IMG/VR virus record: IMGVR_UViG_3300035491_000180
Coordinates: 1-40,556 of that record
Strand: one strand, 5' to 3'
Source of the DNA: a virus
Lineage: Duplodnaviria; Caudoviricetes
Length of the DNA: 40,556 bases
Shown piece after piece: positions 29,223-38,587 of the stretch. Under the pieces are notes generated by a model. That model did not search any database. It saw only the letters and a list, made by a program, of their open reading frames with translations, and was not told the origin of the DNA. Position 1 is the stretch's first letter. Every line of letters starts with the position of its first letter. A program made the translations under genes and the position numbers.

Positions 29223-30329
29223 ATGTTTGATTCACGTATTTTTAACACCGAAAAGTCAGACTACGACAGATCTACTCTGTTCCTCGGTCAGCAGGCCGGT
29301 TTGATCGACACGGTCAATAACCATCACCCCCGACTCTGGGAGTTGTATCGTTCCCTCCGTAGTTTGGACTGGGATACCAATGAGTTTGACTTCACGCCCT
29401 GTGCAGTTGAATTCAAGATGAAGGACCAGCGCATTGCTCAGGCTATGATTCAGAACCTGGCTTGGCAATGGGAGGCAGATAGCGTCGCATCTAACTCCAT
29501 CATGGCCGTCATGAATCACTTTGTTACCGATACAGCTTTGAAAGTTACCTGGGATCAGATTACGGCTAACGAGAACCTACACGGTACCACGTACTCTGAG
29601 ATCGTCCGATATAGTCTCGGCGATAATAACGAGGTGCTGAACAGTGTACTGGACATCAAGGAGTCTATCGATCGACTGACGACCATCGGTCGAGTCATGG
29701 GTAATTCATATCGAGTCGGTCTGAAAGTCTCGATGGGTATTATCGCACGTGATTCTGATGAAGCCTACGCAGCTGCCTTCCTGTTCACCGTAGCACTGTT
29801 CTTCCTGGAGCGTGTTCATTTCATGGGCTCGTTTGCTGTGACCGGCGCTATCGCTCAGACTGGCGACTACATGCCTATCTGTAAAGCTGTACAGCGCATT
29901 GCTCAGGACGAGGCTGAAATCCACGTCAACGTGGGTAAGTATGTCCTGGAAACCGAAATGGCTACCAAACGTGGCCGAGCGTGCTGGAAGGCACATCGTG
30001 ACCTGATTGCTGACATGGCTATGGAAGTACGAGCCAGTGAAATGCGCTGGCGTAATTTCCAACGTGATTCCGGTTCCATCGTTCCGGGTGTGGGTTGGGA
30101 TGAGATCGGTTCCTACATTGCATTCAACACTGCCGATGCAATGGACGTCCTGGAGCTGCCAGTGGATTTCAAAGCCCCGCTGGATAACCCTCTCCCGTAC
30201 ATGAACAAGTGGCTGGATGTGTCCTCCACTCAGGCCTCGCCACAGGAGCAGGACAACGGTCAGTACCGTGTCAACGTGGTTAAACACGATGACAATGGAA
30301 AACGATTTGATTTTCAGCTGGCACGTTAA
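29223..30329 (+). CDS. nrdB: Ribonucleotide reductase class I beta subunit
   Basis: Metal ligands and radical Tyr in EADS, ENLH...Y, LE...F..SF and QDE..IH; C-terminal SPQE. ATG 29223 preferred over GTG 29187. Confidence 0.93.
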   Translation: MFDSRIFNTEKSDYDRSTLFLGQQAGLIDTVNNHHPRLWELYRSLRSLDWDTNEFDFTPCAVEFKMKDQRIAQAMIQNLAWQWEADSVASNSIMAVMNHFVTDTALKVTWDQITANENLHGTTYSEIVRYSLGDNNEVLNSVLDIKESIDRLTTIGRVMGNSYRVGLKVSMGIIARDSDEAYAAAFLFTVALFFLERVHFMGSFAVTGAIAQTGDYMPICKAVQRIAQDEAEIHVNVGKYVLETEMATKRGRACWKAHRDLIADMAMEVRASEMRWRNFQRDSGSIVPGVGWDEIGSYIAFNTADAMDVLELPVDFKAPLDNPLPYMNKWLDVSSTQASPQEQDNGQYRVNVVKHDDNGKRFDFQLAR

Positions 30330-30342
30330 GTAACAACATAAC

Positions 30343-30372
30343 TAGAGACCACTGCCTAGGCAGTGGTCTCTA
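30343..30372 (+). terminator. Hairpin after nrdB
   Basis: TAGAGACCACTGCC-ta-GGCAGTGGTCTCTA. Confidence 0.7.
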
Positions 30373-30427
30373 TGCCGAAATCATATGTAATTGCTTTTTT
30401 CTACACATATACCTAGAGGATCTAGAC

Positions 30428-31480
30428 ATGCGCGTGCTCCTTATCGCTGCAGCAGTTGCACTTGCCAATGGGACTGTTATTGAGCCGGAACCGGAACCAC
30501 AACCGGAAATCCCAGTAGGTGTACTGGCTAACGACTATACGATTGAAACTAACTCGTATGTCAACACGTTTGTTAACCGATCTACTGCGATGGATTCGTC
30601 TAGCGGCACTGATGTTGTATCGGTGGCAGGGATCTATTTCAATAACCTGCTGATTACTGTCGGTAACGTATGCTCACGTAGTTCTAACTACGGCAGTAGC
30701 TGGTCCACCATTACATCACTGAACAATTTGCTGAGCTCCAATAGCACCACTGCCACTGCCATCGCACGCAATGAGACGATGGTAGTGACCGTTGGCGGCA
30801 ATGGCTTCTGTGCCTACAGTACCGATGGTATCAACTGGACCCAGTCCAACTCGTTTAAAACAGTATCGGGTTCGATTGATATAACTGGCGTTAAATGGCT
30901 GGGTGATCGCTGGTGTGCGGTGGGTTACGACCGCATGTTGTTCAGTACAGACGGTATCAACTGGACAGTCTCCAAATCCCTTTTTGCAGCTGCAGGCGGT
31001 ACACCCATCAGCTGGTACGCCTTTGGTTATAACGGATCAGCTCTAGTAGCCAGTAGTTCGACTAAGTCGGCGGTAAGCTACGACAAAGGTGCTACTTGGA
31101 TTGTACGTAACCAATTGACCTCTTTCACACCTTATGGCGTGACATATGACCCAGTGAACAGTCGCTGGTGGGCGGTTGGGAGTGGTAACAAGGTAGCGGT
31201 CAGCACCAATAACGGTAATACCTGGACAATTAGCACCGTTCTATCTGCTATTGTAGGTACATCGGGCGTCACTCGGGCTATCGTGGCCGACGGTACTCGT
31301 GTGATCATCGCCACAGATACCAATAAACGATTTGTCGTATCGACCAGTGGGATGACTCTATCTGAGAAGACAACCTACCCCAACTTCTCAGCAGATCCAG
31401 CTCGCTGCATCATCCGAATGCCGAACCGGATGCTCGCTATCGTTGGTGCCAATAATCAATGCACTGTAACTTCGTCCTGA
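30428..31480 (+). CDS. BNR/Asp-box beta-propeller protein (putative receptor-binding)
   Basis: Repeated S.DG..W motifs (STDGINW x2, SYDKGATW, STNNGNTW); hydrophobic N-terminus plus PE linker. Confidence 0.8.
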   Translation: MRVLLIAAAVALANGTVIEPEPEPQPEIPVGVLANDYTIETNSYVNTFVNRSTAMDSSSGTDVVSVAGIYFNNLLITVGNVCSRSSNYGSSWSTITSLNNLLSSNSTTATAIARNETMVVTVGGNGFCAYSTDGINWTQSNSFKTVSGSIDITGVKWLGDRWCAVGYDRMLFSTDGINWTVSKSLFAAAGGTPISWYAFGYNGSALVASSSTKSAVSYDKGATWIVRNQLTSFTPYGVTYDPVNSRWWAVGSGNKVAVSTNNGNTWTISTVLSAIVGTSGVTRAIVADGTRVIIATDTNKRFVVSTSGMTLSEKTTYPNFSADPARCIIRMPNRMLAIVGANNQCTVTSS

Positions 31481-31491
31481 GGATATAACTG

Positions 31492-32529
31492 ATGAGGGCC
31501 CTAGTCCTTGCTGCCGCTGTGGCACTTGCCAGCAATGTCCCACCACCACCTGAACTTCCTGCACAACAACTTAGATTGATGGATAGTTACTCTGCGCACG
31601 TTTCGCTACAAAGCGCATTCCAGGCAAAAACATCCACACTAGCCGCCATCAACCCCGATGCCAAGCACTATAACTGCAGTGTTTACTTCAATGGAAATAT
31701 CCTAGTCCTAGGAAATCACTGCGCTCGGTCAAGTAATGGAGGGTCTAATTGGTCCACTATTACGTCATTGATGTCATTAATCGGCACTGGTGCTGTCACT
31801 GAGGTAGCCAGATCACCGAACAGGGTGGTGGCTATGGCCACTACTGGGGCTATACTTACATCTACCGACGGTATTAACTGGGTTCAGGTAGGCAGTGAGA
31901 TCACTCATCCCAAGTACGATATTCTCTGGTTAGATGGAATGTGGTATATACCATCTAACTCCGGTCGTGCTATCATTAGTTACGACGGTATCAATTGGTC
32001 AGTCAAGACGACTCTAGCTGACGCATACCCAGGTACGACAACATGGCCCTCTTTATGGGGATATAATGGCAGAGAACTACTTGGAGTCGTGTCACCGGGA
32101 TATGTCTATCGTAGTTATGATAGAGGCGAAACATGGGAGACATGGAGCACACCTATAAGCGGCGCCGTAATCTACTGCATCACATACGACACCAATCGTG
32201 ATTGGTGGTGGATAGGATGTGGTGAGAACAGACTCCTTTTCAGCTTTAACCGTGGTGAATCCTGGGTGCAGGTAAACAACATTCAAACCGATGCTGGTAC
32301 TGTTGGGCGGATTTGGTCTATGGTAGCCGATGGTAATCGTGTATATGCGGTAGTCGGCAGTTATAGACGGTTATACGTCATCAACGGGAATCTACCTACC
32401 AACATAGGTAGTTCGTTTACCAATGAGGCAAATGCCGCTGGCGCGCCGACTCACATCGCTCGACATCCAGTGACTAGAGCATTAATGGTCACTCAACAAT
32501 TGGGCGGTTTTGTGATGAGTACATCGTAA
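31492..32529 (+). CDS. BNR/Asp-box beta-propeller protein, paralog
   Basis: STDGINW, SYDGINW, SYDRGETW, SFNRGESW; N-terminus nearly identical to the previous gene. Confidence 0.8.
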   Translation: MRALVLAAAVALASNVPPPPELPAQQLRLMDSYSAHVSLQSAFQAKTSTLAAINPDAKHYNCSVYFNGNILVLGNHCARSSNGGSNWSTITSLMSLIGTGAVTEVARSPNRVVAMATTGAILTSTDGINWVQVGSEITHPKYDILWLDGMWYIPSNSGRAIISYDGINWSVKTTLADAYPGTTTWPSLWGYNGRELLGVVSPGYVYRSYDRGETWETWSTPISGAVIYCITYDTNRDWWWIGCGENRLLFSFNRGESWVQVNNIQTDAGTVGRIWSMVADGNRVYAVVGSYRRLYVINGNLPTNIGSSFTNEANAAGAPTHIARHPVTRALMVTQQLGGFVMSTS

Positions 32530-32603
32530 TATCCCTGAGAACTTACGGATTCTATGTGCAGTGCTTTAAACTGTACCTCAACCTTTAACATGAGGGAAAC
32601 CGC

Positions 32604-33125
32604 ATGAATAATGCAGCTACAGGTTCTGCTCTGTTGCTTGCCGCGATCAACGTCGCTGCTGGTGCAGTGGGCCATTCTTTTGCTGCTGGTGACCTGTCGT
32701 TTGGTTCACCTGCCGCATCTTCCAACCCCAACCGCGAGGTTGAGGTAACTTACACTTCGAACGTACCGGCTTACACCGGTAGCGCGGTCGCTCAATACGA
32801 TCGTATCGATCTGACCACAGCCTTCGAGGCGGCCAATATTTTCAGCATCCAGCTGGAAAACAATTTCGAAACCACCGAAGACCTGGTCAACGAGATCAAC
32901 ACGCTGTATTCCTGCGGGTTTACTGCAGAAGATTTCGATCTCACTCAGGTCATTGACTCTGGTGATACCACAGTCGTCCTCGCGGCGCTGCCGTCTTCTC
33001 TGGCATTTAAAGGATCGCTGTCAGTTGAACTGATGGCTCCGTCCGTCCCTTTAGCTGATGCCGCCGGGAACCCTGAACTCGGCGGCTTGGTATTTGAACC
33101 AGTCGACCCTAACGCTGGTTCCTGA
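32604..33125 (+). CDS. Virion structural protein
   Basis: YTGSAVAQYDRIDL module and SLAFKGS motif; RBS GAGG. Confidence 0.7.
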   Translation: MNNAATGSALLLAAINVAAGAVGHSFAAGDLSFGSPAASSNPNREVEVTYTSNVPAYTGSAVAQYDRIDLTTAFEAANIFSIQLENNFETTEDLVNEINTLYSCGFTAEDFDLTQVIDSGDTTVVLAALPSSLAFKGSLSVELMAPSVPLADAAGNPELGGLVFEPVDPNAGS

Positions 33126-33163
33126 TACAGCCACTGATTAATCAATAGGGTCAAGGTGCGATC

Positions 33164-33676
33164 ATGACAGAAACTGTATCCCAGTTGATGGCGACGATCG
33201 GCCAACTAACACCCATTGATCCAGAGCAGTTATCGGGTGAGGATAGTGTTGAGATCACCATTAGTACTCGTGCTGATGGTGGTGCTGGTATGGTGAAGAA
33301 AACATACCGTACCACACTCAACGCTATCCTTTCTATCTACGCCGCACGGCGCGATAACCCAAACCAGGTAACCGCTAGCCAGACCGGGGCGTATACGATC
33401 TCGGAGATCGAAGACCTACTGGCGGATAAGTTGGGTGTTGATGATGTCGCAGTCAATGCACTCAGACTGGAAGGTAGTACAAAGGAACAAATCATCGAAG
33501 AGGCACGTCAGGGTACTGTATTCGATGCGCTCAATCTTGGCGGGAAGCCTGCATCTTCATATTTGCTGGTAGAGGATTACCTGTCAAATTTAACAGAGGC
33601 GAAGGATTACACAGACGATCTTGGTTATGGTCTGGTATCCATCATCAATGATGAAGCAACTGATCTGAGTAATTAA
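33164..33676 (+). CDS. Tail-fibre-associated protein
   Basis: DNPNQVTASQTG and NALRLEG / DALNLGG motifs shared with the downstream fibre. Confidence 0.7.
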   Translation: MTETVSQLMATIGQLTPIDPEQLSGEDSVEITISTRADGGAGMVKKTYRTTLNAILSIYAARRDNPNQVTASQTGAYTISEIEDLLADKLGVDDVAVNALRLEGSTKEQIIEEARQGTVFDALNLGGKPASSYLLVEDYLSNLTEAKDYTDDLGYGLVSIINDEATDLSN

Positions 33677-33786
33677 TCACGTTCTTGTTTGTTGGTTACC
33701 AAAATAGGTAAGGACATAAAAACTTACCTAAACTGTGGAAGAATTCATCAGGATTCTTCCTTTTTCCATTATAGAGGAATGAAAAG

Positions 33787-36255
33787 ATGTCGATGAATAA
33801 CGCGGCACTCGAACTGGCCCTTCGCCAGGCTATGGGTCGTTTGACCAATGCACTGGTCAACCGTGATGCACCGAACTCCCTGAAACTGGAAGGGTTCACC
33901 CTTGCAGAAATCACAGCGTCCATCCTGGCCGGTACTGCGGCCAACGCCACGCTGTTCGATGGCAAGACCTACGGTGAGGTCCTGCTGGCGGTAACCGGTG
34001 GCAGTGAAGATACACTCCAGTCTCTGTCTGATGATCTGGCGGCGTTCATTGCCCGTACTGACAACCCACACAACGTAACCAAGGCCCAAGTTGGTCTGGG
34101 TGATGTTGTTAACTATGGTGTGGCTACCCAAGCTGACGCCGATGCCAAAGCGGCTGACAAGTACGCTACCACCGCCATCGTTGACTACATGGTCAGCGCT
34201 GCTGTAAACGCACTGGTTGGTGCTGCTCCGGCTACGCTGGACACCATCAATGAACTGGCTGCAGCTCTGAACAACGATCCGGACATCATCAACAACCTGA
34301 TGTCTGAAATCGGTACCAAAGAAACCCCTGCTGGCGCTCAAGCCAAAGCCGATGCTGCACAAGCTGCCGCTATCGCTGCCAGTGAGACGTATGCAGATCA
34401 AGCCGAAGCCGATGCCCTGGCAGCTGCTCAAGCCTACACCGATACCGCTATCGCTGGTGTAAGTGGTTCTTTGGACCGTGCTGACCAAGCTGAAGCCGAA
34501 GCTGGTACTGACGCTGTCAAGCTGATGACCCCGCTGACCACTTCTCAGGCCATTGCTGCCATTGGTGGTAGTCTGTTCCTGGGTGCTAACGCACAAGCTG
34601 CTGACTCCGCATTGCTGGAAGGCCAAACTCTGGCTCAAGTCCTGGCTGCTGCTCAGGCCGGTGTGGATCTGTCTGGCTACGTTCAGAAGACCGACAACCT
34701 CGGTCAATACAACGTCACCGTTGACGCTACCAGCGTTACTCTGACTGCGTTCCTGGAAACTCTGGCTACCGAGACTGACCTCGGTACTCTGCAAAGCGCG
34801 TTCAACGCATTTGTAGCCGCCAAAGCTTCTACCGCTGAAGTGATCGCCGGTACCGATGATAGCAAGTACACCACTGCCCTGGCGGTGAAAGGCGCTATCC
34901 AAGATGCCATCGACAGCCTGGTCGGCGCAGCGCCTGCAGCGCTTGACACCATCAACGAGCTGGCCACCGCCCTCAACAATGACCCGGATGTGATCAACAA
35001 CCTGACTTCCCTGATCGGCACCAAGCTGACCCAGGCTGAAGTACAGGCTGAAATCGCTGGTGTCACCGATGGTCTGGATACTCGACTGACTGCGGTTGAA
35101 ACTGCCATTGGTGGTGGCTCCAACTTCATGCAGACCGGTGTCACTGATCTGGGCACCAACCCGCTCGCGCTGGACAGCGATGGTGAAAATCCCGCACTGA
35201 GCCTGAAGGCCCGTGTTGAGTCTTTGATTGCAGTTGATACTGCAACTGATGCCCGCATCACGACCGAAGTCGCTGGCCTGAATACCAGCATCGGTAACCT
35301 GCAGAGCACTCTGGAAGCGGCCGATCAGGCCATTGCAGACGACGTTGCTGCTCTGACCACTACCGTCACTGACAACAACACTGCTGCAACTGGTCGTCTG
35401 GACGCCATCGAAGCAGCCCTGCCGAGCAAGCTGGAAGCTGGTGACAACATCGACACCAACCTGGTGACTGTTGATTCCACTCCGACTGCCCTGGCTACTG
35501 TCGTTGCCAACCTGCAAGCGGCTATCGCTGCAGCTGAAAGCGGTGCTAGCACCGACCTGGCTGCCCTGCAGGATTCCTTCAATGCGTTCGTTGCCGCTAA
35601 GGCATCTACAGCCGAAATCATTGCTGGTACCGATGACGCCAAGTACACCACCTCGCTGGGTGTTAAAGGTGCCATCGATGCAGCCATCAGCGAACTGGTT
35701 GGTACAGCGCCTGAAGCACTGGATACCATCAACGAGTTGGCAGCTGCGCTGAACAACGATCCTGATGTCATCAACAACCTGATGACTCAGATTGGTTCCA
35801 AGCTGGATGCGACTGCTACTGCCGTTGACTCCGACAAGTTGGGTGGTGTAGCTGCTGCCGATTACGCTCTGAAGAGCTACGTCGACACTGCTCAGGAAGA
35901 TACCCTGGAAGCACTGACTGAAGGCTTCATCGCTCAGGCGCTGAACATCAGCTCCTTCAACAGCGATACCATCACCATCACTGAAAGCGGTGGCTTCTAC
36001 GGTGCACACAGCGCCGCTGCGGTTACTGCTGGTACCGGTAGTGTTTACACTGTCGAAAGCTTCAAGTGGGATGGTAGCACTGCTGTCCTTACTCTGGCTG
36101 GTGACACCACTACCAGTGGTATTGACGCAGTCATGTTGGGTAACGTTGTCCTCAATGAACTCGTCAGTGAGACTGTAAATGGTGGCAGCACCGTCTACAC
36201 GTTCACCATGGACAAGACCTTCCCGACTTCCGGCACTGCTGTCCTGAAGTTCTAA
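33787..36255 (+). CDS. Tail fibre protein
   Basis: 822 aa, Ala-rich; NPHNVTKAQVGLG; three LVG.AP..LDTINELA.ALNNDPD repeats typical of phage fibres. Confidence 0.85.
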   Translation: MSMNNAALELALRQAMGRLTNALVNRDAPNSLKLEGFTLAEITASILAGTAANATLFDGKTYGEVLLAVTGGSEDTLQSLSDDLAAFIARTDNPHNVTKAQVGLGDVVNYGVATQADADAKAADKYATTAIVDYMVSAAVNALVGAAPATLDTINELAAALNNDPDIINNLMSEIGTKETPAGAQAKADAAQAAAIAASETYADQAEADALAAAQAYTDTAIAGVSGSLDRADQAEAEAGTDAVKLMTPLTTSQAIAAIGGSLFLGANAQAADSALLEGQTLAQVLAAAQAGVDLSGYVQKTDNLGQYNVTVDATSVTLTAFLETLATETDLGTLQSAFNAFVAAKASTAEVIAGTDDSKYTTALAVKGAIQDAIDSLVGAAPAALDTINELATALNNDPDVINNLTSLIGTKLTQAEVQAEIAGVTDGLDTRLTAVETAIGGGSNFMQTGVTDLGTNPLALDSDGENPALSLKARVESLIAVDTATDARITTEVAGLNTSIGNLQSTLEAADQAIADDVAALTTTVTDNNTAATGRLDAIEAALPSKLEAGDNIDTNLVTVDSTPTALATVVANLQAAIAAAESGASTDLAALQDSFNAFVAAKASTAEIIAGTDDAKYTTSLGVKGAIDAAISELVGTAPEALDTINELAAALNNDPDVINNLMTQIGSKLDATATAVDSDKLGGVAAADYALKSYVDTAQEDTLEALTEGFIAQALNISSFNSDTITITESGGFYGAHSAAAVTAGTGSVYTVESFKWDGSTAVLTLAGDTTTSGIDAVMLGNVVLNELVSETVNGGSTVYTFTMDKTFPTSGTAVLKF
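34213..35766 (+). repeat. Internal repeats of the tail fibre
   Basis: APxxLDTINELAxALNNDPD near 34213, 34918 and 35695; longer TDL..LQ..FNAFVAAKASTAE.IAGTDD.KYTT block near 34774 and 35551. Confidence 0.9.
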
Positions 36256-36261
36256 ACAGAG

Positions 36262-36285
36262 AGAGGGGATGGAAACGTCCCCTCT
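36262..36285 (+). other. GAAA-loop hairpin between fibre genes
   Basis: AGAGGGGATG-gaaa-CGTCCCCTCT with no T-tract. Confidence 0.6.
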
Positions 36286-36310
36286 ACCCCCTGATTAAGA
36301 GGACAGAACT

Positions 36311-36895
36311 ATGGCTACCGAAGCCGCAATGTTAGCTGCTGTACAGAAACACACCAACGCAATCAAGCGTCTGCTCGAACTGGGTCAGGTAGGTGATGCA
36401 GCCAAGCTTGAAGGCTTGACGCTTGCTGAAATCTTGGCTCAAGCTGCAGTAAACGCCAATGCCTATACCGACCAAGAAGTCCTGGATCTGGTTGAAGGTA
36501 ATGCGCTCATCGAAGCAGTGGATAATGCCATTGCTGAAATCGGTGCGCCGCTGGGTGGTGAGTTCGCCACTGCCATTACCGAGAAAGCCATTGACATGGG
36601 CGCTGGCAACGACATCGTCGTATCGTCCGGTAACCATTTCACCAAGACTGTTGCAGCCAACACTACCTTCAGTGTCTCTCAAGCTGCCACTGCTGGTCGT
36701 GTATCGTCGTTCACCCTGCACATCACCAATGGTGGTGCTTTCACCATCAACTGGTGGTCGGGTATTGTCTGGGCTGAAGGTAAGGCCCCGACACTGACCG
36801 CTGCAGGTCGTGACGTACTGGCATTCACCACCCTGGACGGTGGTACTACCTGGGATGGGTATCTGCTGGGTAAAGATATGAAAGCTGCGGCTTAA
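36311..36895 (+). CDS. Short tail fibre / adaptor protein
   Basis: AAKLEGLTLAEIL shared with the fibre N-terminus; C-terminal W..G.APTLT..GRD.L.F.T.DGGTTW.G domain common at phage fibre tips. Confidence 0.75.
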   Translation: MATEAAMLAAVQKHTNAIKRLLELGQVGDAAKLEGLTLAEILAQAAVNANAYTDQEVLDLVEGNALIEAVDNAIAEIGAPLGGEFATAITEKAIDMGAGNDIVVSSGNHFTKTVAANTTFSVSQAATAGRVSSFTLHITNGGAFTINWWSGIVWAEGKAPTLTAAGRDVLAFTTLDGGTTWDGYLLGKDMKAAA

Positions 36896-36910
36896 TATCT
36901 AGTTGAGACT

Positions 36911-36947
36911 AGGTCACTGGAGATATCTCCAGTGACCTTTTTATTTT
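36911..36947 (+). terminator. Intrinsic terminator
   Basis: AGGTCACTGGAGA-ta-TCTCCAGTGACCT-TTTTATTTT. Confidence 0.85.
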
Positions 36948-36956
36948 GAGGTGTGT

Positions 36957-37472
36957 ATGCCTTTACGCCTAATCTTGCCATCGAGTCAATATGCATTCGA
37001 TGGTGTTAACGCCCCATCTACCCTGAAGGACTGGATTGTCAACGATCCACTTGGTCTTCTGGTAAATGAAGATGGTGAGCTCTACATTAACTATAATGCC
37101 AATGGTGGCGGTGTCAGTGGTACCGGTGATGGTTATCCATTCTATCTTAAGAACATTGGCAGCAAACGTGTCAAGAGTATCCAGGGCAATTTCCGTTATA
37201 TCGAGAACACATTGACGTTAAGCTCATTCATGTTCTGGGTGAATGGTCAACATGTCCTCGGTATTTATGATCAATGGAATGGACAAGCTGGTTTCTTCCG
37301 TAAAGGAGATGGCTTGGAGGATGTCCTCACATTTGGTACATTCGATGGTGTCTTGAAAAGGACATTCCAAACGCCTGTGGCAATAGAGGACATTGTACTG
37401 AAGATCGGTGGTCGGTCTGGCTATTCGTTTACGCCTATCTATTTTAAAGACCTTGTACTTGAGTTGGAATAA
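36957..37472 (+). CDS. Hypothetical beta-rich protein (possible lectin-like adhesin)
   Basis: GAGGT RBS before ATG 36957; aromatic/Gly-rich; lies in the tail module. Confidence 0.65.
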   Translation: MPLRLILPSSQYAFDGVNAPSTLKDWIVNDPLGLLVNEDGELYINYNANGGGVSGTGDGYPFYLKNIGSKRVKSIQGNFRYIENTLTLSSFMFWVNGQHVLGIYDQWNGQAGFFRKGDGLEDVLTFGTFDGVLKRTFQTPVAIEDIVLKIGGRSGYSFTPIYFKDLVLELE

Positions 37473-37519
37473 AAAAACCACGGTATATATTCTGACTAAA
37501 TCAGATAGGAAGCACCAAC

Positions 37520-37975
37520 GTGTTTATCGATCTTACAACCAAGGAGCGGATTACTGAAGAAGAACTCCGCTCAAGACAGAAATCAACATCCCTACCAGCT
37601 GTTATCAAAGACGTACACATCCGAGATCTCGGATATGCTACACTCACCATCTCCGATAAACCCGAGGTTGGTATCCATCAAGTAGTCGTCGATGATGGGG
37701 TGAAGGAAATTGATGGCCAATGGCAGGTGGTCTGGAAGGTTGAAACCCTGGGATATGATCAGGTGATCGCTAACCACGCCAGACTGAATGAGATCGACAC
37801 ACTCCTCAAGGAGATTGATCTGAAGTCAGTCAGACCACTGCGCGCGTTGGTTTTACGTACTGGTAGCAAGGAAGATGCTGATAAGCTCACTGAGCTCAAC
37901 GCACAACGCGATAAGCTTGCATCTGAGCGTAAAGTGATCGTAGAGGCTATACGGATGGTCACCAACGGCAAATAA
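37520..37975 (+). CDS. Tail fibre assembly-like protein
   Basis: LR.....SLP......DLGYA and DGQWQVVWKV, then L.EID.KSVRPLRA coiled coil, resembling Tfa-type chaperones. Confidence 0.6.
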   Translation: MFIDLTTKERITEEELRSRQKSTSLPAVIKDVHIRDLGYATLTISDKPEVGIHQVVVDDGVKEIDGQWQVVWKVETLGYDQVIANHARLNEIDTLLKEIDLKSVRPLRALVLRTGSKEDADKLTELNAQRDKLASERKVIVEAIRMVTNGK

Positions 37976-38009
37976 AGCATAGAGAGCAGCCCAGGCTGCT
38001 CTCTATGCT
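37976..38009. terminator. Bidirectional hairpin between convergent genes
   Basis: AGCATAGAGAGCAGCC-ca-GGCTGCTCTCTATGCT. Confidence 0.8.
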
Positions 38010-38010
38010 G

Positions 38011-38559
38011 TTAATCAACCTGTGCTATCCGAATATAACCTTCATCAGTGATTCTGATATAACCTTCATCAGTAATACGTCTAAGACCTGCTGACCAGAA
38101 TATATGGATACGTTTACGACCGATGTAGATATATGACGTATCTTTGGCGAAGATATCGACATGTAGGAAGTCGGCCAATGATGTAAACGGATCATCTATA
38201 TCTACATCAAATTCACCATCAATCAAATTGAACTTACCATCCAGGTAATGAATCAATGCTTCTTTATCATGGATGTTAGCTGCCTCACCGATAGGGATAG
38301 TGAAGTCAGGATAATACGTATTGATGTCTGCACGTGCGTAATACAAATCTTCCTCACCCTTCAGTTTAGAACCGGGGCGAGCCTTTACCAATACAACGGT
38401 ATTATCACCATGTTCATCTTCCTCGATAGCACGAGGTTGTTCTAACTCAACCAGATCCGAGTTGAGTCGGATACGGTTGGTTCGATAGATCATGGCGAAC
38501 AAGTTTTCTAATGGTGATTTCTCTGGATCGAAAAAGAAATCACTAAAGTCCTTTGGCAT
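38011..38559 (-). CDS. Virion structural protein with C-terminal RITDEGYI repeat
   Basis: DNTVVLV...GEEDLYYARADI module; SYIYIG; tandem 8-aa repeat. Confidence 0.7.
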   Translation of the reverse strand: MPKDFSDFFFDPEKSPLENLFAMIYRTNRIRLNSDLVELEQPRAIEEDEHGDNTVVLVKARPGSKLKGEEDLYYARADINTYYPDFTIPIGEAANIHDKEALIHYLDGKFNLIDGEFDVDIDDPFTSLADFLHVDIFAKDTSYIYIGRKRIHIFWSAGLRRITDEGYIRITDEGYIRIAQVD

Positions 38560-38587
38560 GGGAATGGTCTCGGCGAATGATAGGAAG

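Noticed and set aside
33769-36009. 746-aa minus-strand ORF antisense to the tail fibre
   Set aside because: Same codon-bias shadow; it mirrors the fibre repeats.
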